In this document: positions 36,619 through 45,906 of the stretch, piece after piece
Layout: the number at the start of each line of letters is the position of its first letter
Numbering within the stretch: the first letter of the stretch is position 1
From: Bacteroidetes bacterium 2013_40CM_41_45
GTDB lineage: Bacteria > Bacteroidota > Bacteroidia > AKYH767-A > 2013-40CM-41-45
Assembly: GCA_002215675.1 (NCBI GenBank)
Contig: NGFH01000003.1
Location: forward strand, 80,957 to 144,956
Direction: 5' to 3'
Length of the DNA: 64,000 nucleotides
Program-made: the position numbers and the translations under genes
The notes under the pieces: generated by a model
Seen by the model: only the letters and a program-made list of their open reading frames with translations
Told to the model about the DNA's origin: nothing
The model's database searches: none

Positions 36619-37928
36619 TGGATTATCTTTTTCTGACTGGAATATTTGCCGCAATAGCAACATTATGGAATCAAATAAAAAATATATTAATTCAATTAAG
36701 AAGTATTTTTATTGTAACTATGCTTATACAATATGATGGTGCAAAAAGTGTTGGTTTATATCTTTCTGAAAATGCAAAAATGTATGGTTTAGGTTTAAAA
36801 CAATATACAACGCATAGTTTTATAATAAAATCAGTTGGAGAATTTAGAACAATACCATTTGAACTTGTTGGAAAAAATGGAACTATTTTTATTCTTGATA
36901 AAAAACCGTTGTTTGTTACTCGTGGCACAGACAACCAGCAGGGTACTGATAAATCCGATACTGTTACTCAAGATTTAATATCATTAAAAATATCTTTTAT
37001 TCGTGGACATTTTAATGCTGATGAAATTATGAAAAAATCAGCAGAATTTATGGATAAAAAAAATAGAAGTAATGGAAATAATAACAGAAGATTTGTCAGA
37101 AGAGTTTTTGGAATTAGTCAAAAACGTGCAATGATGTCAAAAGATTCTAATTCTGGTGAATCTCCTGCAATTGCGTCAAGTAAAGGTTGGGATATTTCTG
37201 CAACATATGGAACTCGTATAATAGGATATAATTTTGAAGATATTGGTTCTGTGATGCCTTATTTTGGAATCAAAGATATGTTTCTTTCTGATGATGCAGA
37301 AAATGCTATTCAAGAAATTAGACATTGGTTTAATAGTAAACAATGGTATAAAGAACATGGTATTTCTTGGAAACGTGGATGGTTATTGCATGGTCAACCC
37401 GGAAATGGAAAAACAGTATTGGGAAGAGTTTTATCTGACGAATTAAATATGCCAATATTTTCATATGACCTTTCAAGTTTGAGTAATGATGAAATGGAAT
37501 CTGGTTGGAGAGATATGATGTCTCATACACCATGCATTGCTATCATAGAAGATATTGATTCGGTATTTGATAAAAGGAAAAATTTAACTGGTGATTTAAC
37601 TTTTGATTGTTTGCTTAATTGTATTGATGGAGTTGAACGTAGTGATGGAGTTTTTCTAATTATTACAACAAATTATTTGGAAAAAATTGATTCTGCATTA
37701 GCTCAAATTGATAATGGAAAAGCTACTCGTCCATCAAGAATAGATAGAGTTATAGAAATGACAAATCCAGATAAGAATGGGTTATATAAAATTGCAAATA
37801 GAATTTTAAAAGAATATCCTGATATGATTAATAATGTTGTTATAGATGGATATAATGATACTGGCGCACAATTTCAAGAACGATGTGTAAAATTTGCATT
37901 AGATAGATTTTGGAAGGAAAAACAATAA
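36618..37928 (+). CDS. membrane-anchored AAA+ ATPase (Bcs1-like architecture)
   Basis: N-terminal TM MDYLFLTGIFAAIATLW. Walker A HGQPGNGKT and Walker B IAIIEDID. Confidence 0.7.
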   Translation: MDYLFLTGIFAAIATLWNQIKNILIQLRSIFIVTMLIQYDGAKSVGLYLSENAKMYGLGLKQYTTHSFIIKSVGEFRTIPFELVGKNGTIFILDKKPLFVTRGTDNQQGTDKSDTVTQDLISLKISFIRGHFNADEIMKKSAEFMDKKNRSNGNNNRRFVRRVFGISQKRAMMSKDSNSGESPAIASSKGWDISATYGTRIIGYNFEDIGSVMPYFGIKDMFLSDDAENAIQEIRHWFNSKQWYKEHGISWKRGWLLHGQPGNGKTVLGRVLSDELNMPIFSYDLSSLSNDEMESGWRDMMSHTPCIAIIEDIDSVFDKRKNLTGDLTFDCLLNCIDGVERSDGVFLIITTNYLEKIDSALAQIDNGKATRPSRIDRVIEMTNPDKNGLYKIANRILKEYPDMINNVVIDGYNDTGAQFQERCVKFALDRFWKEKQ

Positions 37929-38452
37929 TGAATTGGGAAGAAACATCAAAACTAAGAAGTGATGCTGGACTTTATTCGGAAAATATTGATAAAGATAAAT
38001 TATTGGTTCTTATAAAAAATGCTTGTAATAAAAATGATAATGATGAAGAATTAAAGGATTTAATTCATCATTGGACATCTGACCATTATATGTGGTTTAA
38101 GACAGATAAATATGTTTATGAAATTTTCGGAAAAATTGGTAGAGATATAAGCCTTGAATTAAGTGAAAGCGGTAGTCAAAGTTGGTGGACTTGGTTCACA
38201 GAATGCATGGAAAAAATAACAAAAGAATTAAATTCTGATATTTTGAAAGAAAAATCAGAAGAAAAATTAAAATCAATAACAAGAGATTATGCCTTTATTA
38301 TTGAAGGTTGGTTGGGGAATTCTTGGAATGTTTCTTTGGAAAACATGAAACCTACCGAAGAAAAAAATATTCAATTTATTCAAAGTCAACTTGTATTTAT
38401 TCTTAGACATTTGAATTCAGTAAATCAAGATTATCCATATGATTATGATTAA
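37928..38452 (+). CDS. hypothetical protein
   Basis: TAATG overlap. Confidence 0.45.
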   Translation: MNWEETSKLRSDAGLYSENIDKDKLLVLIKNACNKNDNDEELKDLIHHWTSDHYMWFKTDKYVYEIFGKIGRDISLELSESGSQSWWTWFTECMEKITKELNSDILKEKSEEKLKSITRDYAFIIEGWLGNSWNVSLENMKPTEEKNIQFIQSQLVFILRHLNSVNQDYPYDYD

Positions 38453-38481
38453 TAAAATTTTAGAAAGATTGGAATTAAAAA

Positions 38482-38766
38482 ATGAATAAAAAATTACAAG
38501 AAAAAATTATAGAAAATTATGAATTTGCATTCAATAATTTTAATTTTTATAAAGTAAAAATTGCAATGAATGCTTTAGATTGGCATTGGTCAACTGGCAA
38601 AGCCCCAACAATTAATGAAATGGAAGAGAATGTATATAGATTATTTCTACATGCTTTAAATGGAAATTCCGGGTATTGTTCTTCCGGGGGTTTTGTTGTA
38701 GAAATTGAAGATGAACAAGTTTCAATTTATTTCAATATTGAAGAATCAATAAGTGTAGATAGTTAA
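38482..38766 (+). CDS. hypothetical protein
   Basis: 94 aa. Confidence 0.45.
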   Translation: MNKKLQEKIIENYEFAFNNFNFYKVKIAMNALDWHWSTGKAPTINEMEENVYRLFLHALNGNSGYCSSGGFVVEIEDEQVSIYFNIEESISVDS

Positions 38767-38795
38767 TAAAATGACAATTTTATAAAGGAATATAA

Positions 38796-39092
38796 ATGGA
38801 AAAATTTCCAAGATATGAGATAGTAAAAATTGTGATGCTGGAAAGAAGGGGAGAACAATATTTTAATTCGTGGAAAAATAAAGAGGACTTTGGCAGTTTA
38901 TGGATTAGTGGAAGTGGTCTATATGAATTGATGGAAAATTGTAAAACTGATAGAGAAGCAGAAATTTTATTACACTATATTTTTTCTTTATCTGATAGTA
39001 AAGATGAACATGCTCATCAAACTTTAAATAACTTGTTGCTTATGCATTATCATTTACAAAACAATGAAGATTTAGGATATAAAATAACATAA
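38796..39092 (+). CDS. hypothetical protein
   Basis: Preceded by TTTTATAAAGGA. Confidence 0.45.
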   Translation: MEKFPRYEIVKIVMLERRGEQYFNSWKNKEDFGSLWISGSGLYELMENCKTDREAEILLHYIFSLSDSKDEHAHQTLNNLLLMHYHLQNNEDLGYKIT

Positions 39093-39104
39093 AGGAAAAG
39101 AATA

Positions 39105-39530
39105 ATGGATATTGAATACATAATCAAAGAACCATGTCCAGAATGTAGGGGCGAATTAAAATATTGGAATTCCAACTCTAATTATAGAGTTTTTTCTGGA
39201 ATACAATGTACAAATTGTAATTATGCAACTAATAAAATTTCTATAAAAATTGAAGAAAAATATTCTAAAAAGAAACCTGTTAAAAATAAATCATCTAAAA
39301 AAATTGAAAAGGATGTTGTTATTCAATTGGTTGAATTGAGAATGTTTTTATCTGGCTATTTTATGGGTTTTATTCGAGATAAAAATTTTGATGACTTATC
39401 ATTTGAATCAAAATACTTAAAGTTTTTAAATAAATTACCAAAAAAATTAATATACACAGAAAAAGAACTTGGTGATTTTGTTAAAAAACTAGATAAAATT
39501 TTATCAAGTGAAAAATATTTTATAAAATGA
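39105..39530 (+). CDS. Zn-ribbon protein (CPEC...CTNC)
   Basis: 141 aa. Confidence 0.45.
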   Translation: MDIEYIIKEPCPECRGELKYWNSNSNYRVFSGIQCTNCNYATNKISIKIEEKYSKKKPVKNKSSKKIEKDVVIQLVELRMFLSGYFMGFIRDKNFDDLSFESKYLKFLNKLPKKLIYTEKELGDFVKKLDKILSSEKYFIK

Positions 39531-39910
39531 CAAATAAAAAATTTCCTCAAAATTTTGTAGGTATGCCCGCCGCTATTATGTTAGAAGAATTCGGTTCACA
39601 AGTTTGGAGTGCGTTTGGTACACCCCCATATTTAACCGGGTCGAGTCTTTATACTAAAAAATGGAGAGATGTTGATGTGCGCCTCATATTATCAGACGAA
39701 GAATATGAACAATGGGGATTTGGTAATCCAATTCAATGTCATCAGAATGGTAAATGGGTTTCTTTATGTTTGGCATTTTCTGCATTAGGAAAACAAATAA
39801 CATCATTGCCCATTGATTTTCAGATTCAACAAAGAAGTAAAGCTAATAGAGATTTTAAAAATGCTAGATTTTCATTAGGAAATATTGATTTGAGGATAAT
39901 AAAAAAATGA
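39527..39910 (+). CDS. minimal nucleotidyltransferase (MNT, Pol-beta superfamily; GS-x10-DVDV)
   Basis: GSSLYTKKWRDVDVRLI. 127 aa. Confidence 0.5.
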   Translation: MTNKKFPQNFVGMPAAIMLEEFGSQVWSAFGTPPYLTGSSLYTKKWRDVDVRLILSDEEYEQWGFGNPIQCHQNGKWVSLCLAFSALGKQITSLPIDFQIQQRSKANRDFKNARFSLGNIDLRIIKK

Positions 39911-40296
39911 AAAATAAAAAAATTGACCCAAAATATATTGGTGTTCCAAATATTCAATTTTCTTTAATTTCTAAAAATGATGATAGAGAAAAAGAGTTTT
40001 CCAAACAAAGAATAGAGCGTGGCTTTGATAGTAGTGAAATATGGAGTCTGAGAGATACAATTGCAAATTTTATTATTCCCCGATTGTCTTTTTATATTGA
40101 AAACATAGAAAGACTTGGTTCATCTCATGGAAATGCAAGCAATAAAGAAGAAGTGATAGCCTTGAAAAAAATTCTTAGAATGTTTGAATTAACCGCTAGA
40201 AATAATGGTTCTTTTATTCTAACCAAAGATGAAGAAAAAGAATTTGAAGAAGGAATTCTTTTGTTTCCTGAATGGTATTTATCAATGTGGACATAG
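39907..40296 (+). CDS. candidate HEPN-domain protein (Rx4H motif ERLGSSH); partner of the MNT
   Basis: 4-nt overlap with the MNT gene. The motif is weak. Confidence 0.3.
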   Translation: MKNKKIDPKYIGVPNIQFSLISKNDDREKEFSKQRIERGFDSSEIWSLRDTIANFIIPRLSFYIENIERLGSSHGNASNKEEVIALKKILRMFELTARNNGSFILTKDEEKEFEEGILLFPEWYLSMWT

Positions 40297-40317
40297 TTTT
40301 ATAAAAGGAAAATATAA

Positions 40318-41070
40318 ATGCTAATTAAAGATGATGTTTTACATATTTTAAAAAATTCAATAGTTGATGAAGTTGAAAATATTTTATATCTCCCCAAAAT
40401 TCAATTAGATAGAAAACTCTATGTAGATGTAAATAAAGTTCTTGAATCTATTGGTGGGGCATGGAATAAAAAAATAAAAGGCCATGTTTTTGATAGTAAT
40501 CCATCGGATATATTGGATGAAATAATTAATACGGGAAATTGGACTGATAAGAAAAAAGAATATCAATTTTTCAGAACACCAAAACATATTGTAAAACAAA
40601 TGATTAAACTTTCTAATATTAATAAAACTGATGTTTTATTAGAACCATCTGCTGGTGATGGTGCAATTTTAGAAGAATTTCCAAAAGAAAATTCTTATTG
40701 GGCTTTTGAGTTGATGCCAGAAAATTGTGAAATTTTAAAATCAAAAGGATTTGTTGTTCATGGAAATGATTTTATTGAAGCAGAAGAATTAAATGCAAAA
40801 AGTTTTGATAAAATTATTATGAATCCTCCTTTTACCAGACAACAAGATGTTCAACATATTTTTCATGCTTGGAAATATTATTTAAAAACTGGTGGTCGTT
40901 TAGTTTCGATTGTTTCTGAATCTCCATTTTTTAGAGAAAATAAACTAAGTCAAGAATTTAGAAAATGGCTTGATGATAACAATTCTAAGGTAATTGATTT
41001 AAATCCCGGAGATTTTAAAGAATCTGGAACAATGGTTAAAACAAGAATTATTATTGTGGATAAATTATAA
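40318..41070 (+). CDS. N6-adenine DNA methyltransferase
   Basis: SAM motif LEPSAGDGA and catalytic NPPF. Preceded by TTTTATAAAAGGA. Confidence 0.75.
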   Translation: MLIKDDVLHILKNSIVDEVENILYLPKIQLDRKLYVDVNKVLESIGGAWNKKIKGHVFDSNPSDILDEIINTGNWTDKKKEYQFFRTPKHIVKQMIKLSNINKTDVLLEPSAGDGAILEEFPKENSYWAFELMPENCEILKSKGFVVHGNDFIEAEELNAKSFDKIIMNPPFTRQQDVQHIFHAWKYYLKTGGRLVSIVSESPFFRENKLSQEFRKWLDDNNSKVIDLNPGDFKESGTMVKTRIIIVDKL

Positions 41071-41071
41071 T

Positions 41072-41248
41072 ATGTTAATTATAACAGTTTTATTTATTTT
41101 ATTTTGGGGTTTATTTGGAATAGGAGTTGGTTGGGCTTTATGGGAGAATTTCAAAAGAGATACAGCCATATTTGCCGGTATTTTGATGTGGCCTTTTTAT
41201 TTAGCATACTATTTGATGAAGCATTTATTTTATGGGAAACATTATTAA
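41072..41248 (+). CDS. small membrane protein
   Basis: Hydrophobic, 58 aa. Confidence 0.35.
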   Translation: MLIITVLFILFWGLFGIGVGWALWENFKRDTAIFAGILMWPFYLAYYLMKHLFYGKHY

Positions 41249-41249
41249 T

Positions 41250-41549
41250 ATGAAACTTGAAATCCCACAAGATACAATTGTAATTCGTAAAATCAATTTA
41301 CGTGATAAAACAAAGGGTCAATGGCATATATTTACAAAATCAAATAGTAATGGATTTACTGAAAAAAATGTTCCAGATTATCCGAATTGGTGGAATTCCA
41401 AGAGTCATCATACTTTATGCGGAAAATATTTTGATGACCGTAAATCAGAATATGGATTTTTATTTGATTATAGTATTGAATTTGCTACTGTTACAGAAAT
41501 TAAGAAAATTTGTCCCTCTTGCTGGCCTTATCAAAAGACCCAAAAATAA
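41250..41549 (+). CDS. hypothetical protein (CPSC motif)
   Basis: 99 aa. Confidence 0.4.
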   Translation: MKLEIPQDTIVIRKINLRDKTKGQWHIFTKSNSNGFTEKNVPDYPNWWNSKSHHTLCGKYFDDRKSEYGFLFDYSIEFATVTEIKKICPSCWPYQKTQK

Positions 41550-41563
41550 GTATAAAATAACCC

Positions 41564-41592
41564 TTGACAAAATGCTCCTCTTATGATAAAAT
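41564..41592 (+). promoter_or_regulatory. sigma70-type promoter TTGACA-N17-TGaTAAAAT
   Basis: TTGACA at 41564-41569 and TAAAAT at 41587-41592. Confidence 0.5.
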
Positions 41593-41659
41593 ACCTATTA
41601 AATAAGGTATTCATAAAAGGAGTGTTTTATTTACTCCACCATATAAAAAGGAGAAAATT

Positions 41660-42697
41660 ATGCCCGCTAATATAATGGATAATGATAAGGTTGTTCTTTC
41701 AGGTGATGAACCAGCTTGGCATGGATTGGGTGAATATTTTGAAATTCCAATTTCTGCCGAAAAGGCTCATGATGAAATGGGTGGAAGTTTTACTCTCTAT
41801 CAAAAGCCAGTTGGTGTACAATTTGATGATGGAGAATTTATTGAAGTTCCAAAGTCATTTGCAATTGTGCGTGGTGAAACAAATAAGGATAACCGTAAGT
41901 TGGTTTTTGGATATACAACTGACCATTATACAGTCATTCAACCAATTGATATTATAAAAAAGTTTGATGAACGTGTTGGGGTTTCAATTTCAAGTTTAGG
42001 TTTTATTCAAGATGGTCGTAAAATGTTTTTGTCTTGGAAACTTCCTTCTTTTGAAGTTGTAAAGGGTGATGAAATAAAATTGTACGGTTGTTTGTTAGTT
42101 GGATATGATAAGATATTTTCAAGTCGTATCAATATTGGAACAATTCGTATTGTCTGTGAAAATACTTTTATGGCTAATATGAATGAAGCTGAACAAGAAA
42201 ATAAAAGTAATCGTGGTCGTGGAACAATCTATTCCGGCAAGCATTCTAATTCAAAATTACTTTTTGAATTGGGAGAATGGATGAATCATATTCAAGGAAA
42301 TGCTGAAAAAGAACAAGCTTTACTACAATCATTTTTTAAGAATTTGGTCAATAAACCAATTAAACATGAAAAGCAAGCGCAAGATTTAATTTATACTGCA
42401 TGGCCTGACCCTGCTCCATTTAATCCAGATTCAATTCCTTTGGCTTTACATGATAAGGAACAAGGTAAAATTGATTTAAAGGCCGCAAGAGTTGAAAAAA
42501 TTCGTAATGGTGTATATGATTTATACACTGGTAGCGAAGGAATTGCTATTGATGAAAATTATTATGGACTCTTCAATGCTTGCACACAATATTTCAACCA
42601 TAAAATGATTTCAAAAAAGGATGATGCATTTTCAATTTCATGGGGTGGTCGTTCGGCTGAAATGAATATGTTTGCTGAAGTATTAAAGAATAATTAA
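41660..42697 (+). CDS. hypothetical protein (345 aa)
   Basis: Strong RBS AAAAGGAGAAAA. Long ORF. Confidence 0.6.
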   Translation: MPANIMDNDKVVLSGDEPAWHGLGEYFEIPISAEKAHDEMGGSFTLYQKPVGVQFDDGEFIEVPKSFAIVRGETNKDNRKLVFGYTTDHYTVIQPIDIIKKFDERVGVSISSLGFIQDGRKMFLSWKLPSFEVVKGDEIKLYGCLLVGYDKIFSSRINIGTIRIVCENTFMANMNEAEQENKSNRGRGTIYSGKHSNSKLLFELGEWMNHIQGNAEKEQALLQSFFKNLVNKPIKHEKQAQDLIYTAWPDPAPFNPDSIPLALHDKEQGKIDLKAARVEKIRNGVYDLYTGSEGIAIDENYYGLFNACTQYFNHKMISKKDDAFSISWGGRSAEMNMFAEVLKNN

Positions 42698-42699
42698 TT

Positions 42700-42738
42700 A
42701 TAGATTTAGAGCCTGTTGAGACATACAGGCTCTAAATT
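42700..42738 (+). terminator. terminator-like hairpin (TTTAGAGCCTG...CAGGCTCTAAA)
   Basis: 11-bp perfect stem immediately before the next promoter. Confidence 0.5.
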
Positions 42739-42743
42739 GCCTC

Positions 42744-42772
42744 TTGACAAAATAATCATAATCTGCTATAAT
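42744..42772 (+). promoter_or_regulatory. sigma70-type promoter TTGACA-N17-TGcTATAAT
   Basis: TTGACA at 42744-42749 and TATAAT at 42767-42772. Confidence 0.6.
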
Positions 42773-42803
42773 GTATATATCAATCTAAGAAAGGATGATA
42801 AAC

Positions 42804-43643
42804 ATGTTTCCAGAATATCAAGAATTTTTTAATTCAAAATCAGATAAAAGTATTCACACTCTACGCTCATATCATCAAAACATTGATTCTTTTATTAGTG
42901 CTTTGAAAATTAAGAAAGTAAAAGATTTGGAAAAAGTATCTGCTGGTACATTGCGTACTTATCGTGATTCTTTGAAAATTTCAAATGCTTCAAAAAATAC
43001 TTGGACTCGTGTTTTATCATCTTTCTTTAGTTTTATGAATGAACAAGAATATATTGATTTCAATGTTTTTGATAAGGTAAAATATCTTTCTCTTACTGAA
43101 AAAGAAAAAACAATCAATATGCCAACACAAGATGAAATTAAAATGATTATTGAATCTTGTGAAAACAAAACTACAAAATTGATGTTGAATATTATGTCAC
43201 GTATTGCTTTACGTCGTGATGAATTATCAAAAATCCAAATTAAAGATATTGACGCTGATGGTCGTATTATTATTCATGGAAAAGGAAGCAAAATTAGAAT
43301 GGTGAAACTTCCTTTGGATATTTTTGAAACAATTAAGGCTCATATTAAAAATAAACGTGTAAAGTCAGAATATCTATTTAGCTATGATGGTCATAAAATT
43401 ACGGGCGATGCAATTTATATCCGTATTAATGGATTTATTGAAACCTTGAATATTTCTGATGAACGTAAAAAGGCAATTGCACATCCTCATGCTCTACGTC
43501 ATCGTGCATTGACCACCACTTACAACGTAACTAAAGACCCATATGCTGTAAAGAATTTGGCTGGTCATTCCAATTTAGCTATTGGCGAAAGATATATTCA
43601 TGCTGAATCAAATATTTATGATGATGTTACGGAGAATTTGTAG
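42804..43643 (+). CDS. tyrosine site-specific recombinase (integrase/XerC-D family)
   Basis: Box motifs ALRRDEL (Arg I), HALRHRALT (H-x-x-R) and LAGHSNLAIGERYIH (catalytic Tyr). Confidence 0.75.
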   Translation: MFPEYQEFFNSKSDKSIHTLRSYHQNIDSFISALKIKKVKDLEKVSAGTLRTYRDSLKISNASKNTWTRVLSSFFSFMNEQEYIDFNVFDKVKYLSLTEKEKTINMPTQDEIKMIIESCENKTTKLMLNIMSRIALRRDELSKIQIKDIDADGRIIIHGKGSKIRMVKLPLDIFETIKAHIKNKRVKSEYLFSYDGHKITGDAIYIRINGFIETLNISDERKKAIAHPHALRHRALTTTYNVTKDPYAVKNLAGHSNLAIGERYIHAESNIYDDVTENL

Positions 43644-43649
43644 AAACAA

Positions 43650-43964
43650 ATGAAATATAATATTGAAATAAATCACTATACAGTAGCTTTTACTTTGATA
43701 ACAATTTATGATTTTGTTTCTACATATTTATTTGTTCATTATCATACCAGTGTTGAATCAAATCTTCTCGTTAATGCTTTTGGTTGGATACCAGCAATTA
43801 CAATAAAAGTAATTTTAAGTATTGTTGTTTTGGCTTTATTGTCCAATAATAAAATAATGAGATATGAAAAATTAGGTTTTGTATATGGCTTAGGATTTTT
43901 AATTGTCTTTTTTAATTCAGTTCCAGCCATGCAAGCAATAAAAATTATTCTTGGTTATGGATAA
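43650..43964 (+). CDS. membrane protein
   Basis: 104 aa with 3 TM helices. Confidence 0.45.
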   Translation: MKYNIEINHYTVAFTLITIYDFVSTYLFVHYHTSVESNLLVNAFGWIPAITIKVILSIVVLALLSNNKIMRYEKLGFVYGLGFLIVFFNSVPAMQAIKIILGYG

Positions 43965-43991
43965 AATAGTAATTTTATAAAGAGGAACAAA

Positions 43992-44228
43992 ATGGATATA
44001 AATATTTATTCTTGGCATCCAGAACCAACAAATATATTAACTAAAAATGGTTATATAAAAATAGATAATTCTTCAGTAGGTTGTATCTTTGTGTCGCCTT
44101 TTGAAAATAAAAATCTTCAAATACTCATTGAAGATTTGACAGAAATTGGATTATATGTTATGATATTTCCTGAATATAAAAAAACAAATACTATTCATGT
44201 TGATACAAGAATGTTTAAACAGAGATAA
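43992..44228 (+). CDS. hypothetical protein
   Basis: Preceded by TTTTATAAAGAGGA. Confidence 0.45.
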   Translation: MDINIYSWHPEPTNILTKNGYIKIDNSSVGCIFVSPFENKNLQILIEDLTEIGLYVMIFPEYKKTNTIHVDTRMFKQR

Positions 44229-44253
44229 AAATTATAAACAAGAGGAGTCTAAA

Positions 44254-44553
44254 ATGGGACGAAAAGCAGGAAGTAAAAATAAGGTCAAAGAACCAATTTC
44301 TGTTGAAAAATCTTATGAAGAACTTACTGAAAAAAAGACAAAAGAAAAAGAAGTTTACACTTTCAAGTTAGATATTCCAAAGGTAAGAAATATCTCTGCT
44401 CTATCTGGTTACATTGAAAACTTCAATGGAAAAACCTATTCTAGTGCTATGCAAAATGCTTTTGATTGGGCAAAGCAATATGATATTACATTGATTAATT
44501 ATTTTGAACAAGAATATCCCGGTGGTTCTATTCTTGTAGGATATGAAAGATAA
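44254..44553 (+). CDS. hypothetical protein
   Basis: RBS AGAGGAG. Confidence 0.45.
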   Translation: MGRKAGSKNKVKEPISVEKSYEELTEKKTKEKEVYTFKLDIPKVRNISALSGYIENFNGKTYSSAMQNAFDWAKQYDITLINYFEQEYPGGSILVGYER

Positions 44554-44564
44554 AAGAGGAAAAA

Positions 44565-44879
44565 TTGAAAGACCCAAAAGAAAATAAAATCGAAATTGAT
44601 ATAAATTGTTATTGTGGATGTGGAGTATTGGAAATCGGACAATGGATTGATGAAGATGGTGATTTTGGGGATGTGACAATTTCACATAAAACTCGTTCTT
44701 GGGAAGCATATTCTTGGAGTCCATTAAATATTATTAAAAGACGTTTCAATATGATTTGGAATATTTTAATTGGAAAAGAATATTATTTTTATGAAGTTTT
44801 AATTCAAAACAAATCAGAACTTAGAAAATTAAAAGAATTTGTAAATAGTCTTCATGAAGATAAACTACCATATGATTAG
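44565..44879 (+). CDS. hypothetical protein
   Basis: 104 aa. Confidence 0.45.
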   Translation: MKDPKENKIEIDINCYCGCGVLEIGQWIDEDGDFGDVTISHKTRSWEAYSWSPLNIIKRRFNMIWNILIGKEYYFYEVLIQNKSELRKLKEFVNSLHEDKLPYD

Positions 44880-44886
44880 GTGAAAA

Positions 44887-45327
44887 ATGAATGAAAAAGA
44901 ATTACTTGAACAAGCTTGGTCAATTGCAGAACAATGTCACAATGGACAGCTATATGGAACTGAACCATATTTGTATCATATTCAGAGGGTTTATAATCGT
45001 GTTGATAAATTGAAGTGGTCTATGTTTGGAGACAGAATTGTTTCTGTGTTGCATGACGTTGTTGAGGATTCAAATTATTCATTCAAAGAAATTGAAAGAA
45101 TATTTGGAAATCAAATTTATGTTGCTGTTTTTGCAATCACGAGAAGCCCTGAATTAGAAACCTATGAAGAATATATTTATAGAGTTTCAAGAAATATGAT
45201 TGCAAGAAATGTAAAGGCTTGTGATTTATTGGATAACTTATCTAATTGTTATCGTCAACCTAATCAATATGGTCATTTAATAAATAGATATGAAAATGCA
45301 TTGATTGAATTAGCATCAGGAGGTTGA
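44887..45327 (+). CDS. small alarmone hydrolase (RelA/SpoT-type HD domain (p)ppGpp hydrolase)
   Basis: AEQCHNGQLYGTEPYLYHIQRV and VLHDVVEDS match the SpoT hydrolase signature (H...H...HDVVED). Confidence 0.7.
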   Translation: MNEKELLEQAWSIAEQCHNGQLYGTEPYLYHIQRVYNRVDKLKWSMFGDRIVSVLHDVVEDSNYSFKEIERIFGNQIYVAVFAITRSPELETYEEYIYRVSRNMIARNVKACDLLDNLSNCYRQPNQYGHLINRYENALIELASGG

Positions 45328-45328
45328 T

Positions 45329-45505
45329 ATGATACCAGTTGGTCATATATCAACATTACAGTTGATGGAAAATGATTGGATGATATATCAATATTTCTTG
45401 AAAAATAAAAAGAAAATTCGTATTGTAGGATTTGGAAGAAATAAAAAAGAAGCACTTGATGATTTCAATTATGAATTACAATTAGAAAAGGAAAATATAA
45501 CATGA
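45329..45505 (+). CDS. small hypothetical protein (58 aa)
   Basis: Strong RBS GGAGGTTGAT. The stop overlaps the next ATG. Not in the ORF track. Confidence 0.4.
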   Translation: MIPVGHISTLQLMENDWMIYQYFLKNKKKIRIVGFGRNKKEALDDFNYELQLEKENIT

Positions 45506-45708
45506 CAAAAATGACTAAGAAAGAATTTCTAAAATTTTTTGAAATTGATATTCCAGTTATTGAAGGCAATCCAAATGAACATACTCATGCAACCAGAAAG
45601 AATCATGTTCATAAAATTGGAAAAAGTCCTCGTCCTCGTTTTCCAAAATTGATTGCTCATCCACAACCAAAAGTTCTTGGAAAAAATATTAATAAATCAA
45701 TTGAATAA
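45502..45708 (+). CDS. hypothetical protein
   Basis: 68 aa. Confidence 0.45.
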   Translation: MTKMTKKEFLKFFEIDIPVIEGNPNEHTHATRKNHVHKIGKSPRPRFPKLIAHPQPKVLGKNINKSIE

Positions 45709-45711
45709 AAT

Positions 45712-45906
45712 ATGATTTTAGCTAAATGTATGGGATGTGGAAATATTCATCAATATTATAGATTTTCATGTAAACAAATGAAGTTAATGCAAGCACCCAT
45801 GTATGTTTTATGGTGTGAAAATTGTGGAACACGAATGCATGAACCATTTCAAACAGGATTAATAGAAAGTATTAAAATTTGGTTTAAAAATTTAAGGATA
45901 ATATGA
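45712..45906 (+). CDS. Cys-rich small protein (CMGCGN...CENCGT)
   Basis: 64 aa. Confidence 0.4.
   Translation: MILAKCMGCGNIHQYYRFSCKQMKLMQAPMYVLWCENCGTRMHEPFQTGLIESIKIWFKNLRII

Noticed and set aside
42804-43643. Calling the window an integrated prophage with attL/attR at the tRNA genes
   Set aside because: The integrase is far from the tRNAs. No host-like flanking genes or direct-repeat att cores were visible. The whole 64 kb has uniform phage-like composition.
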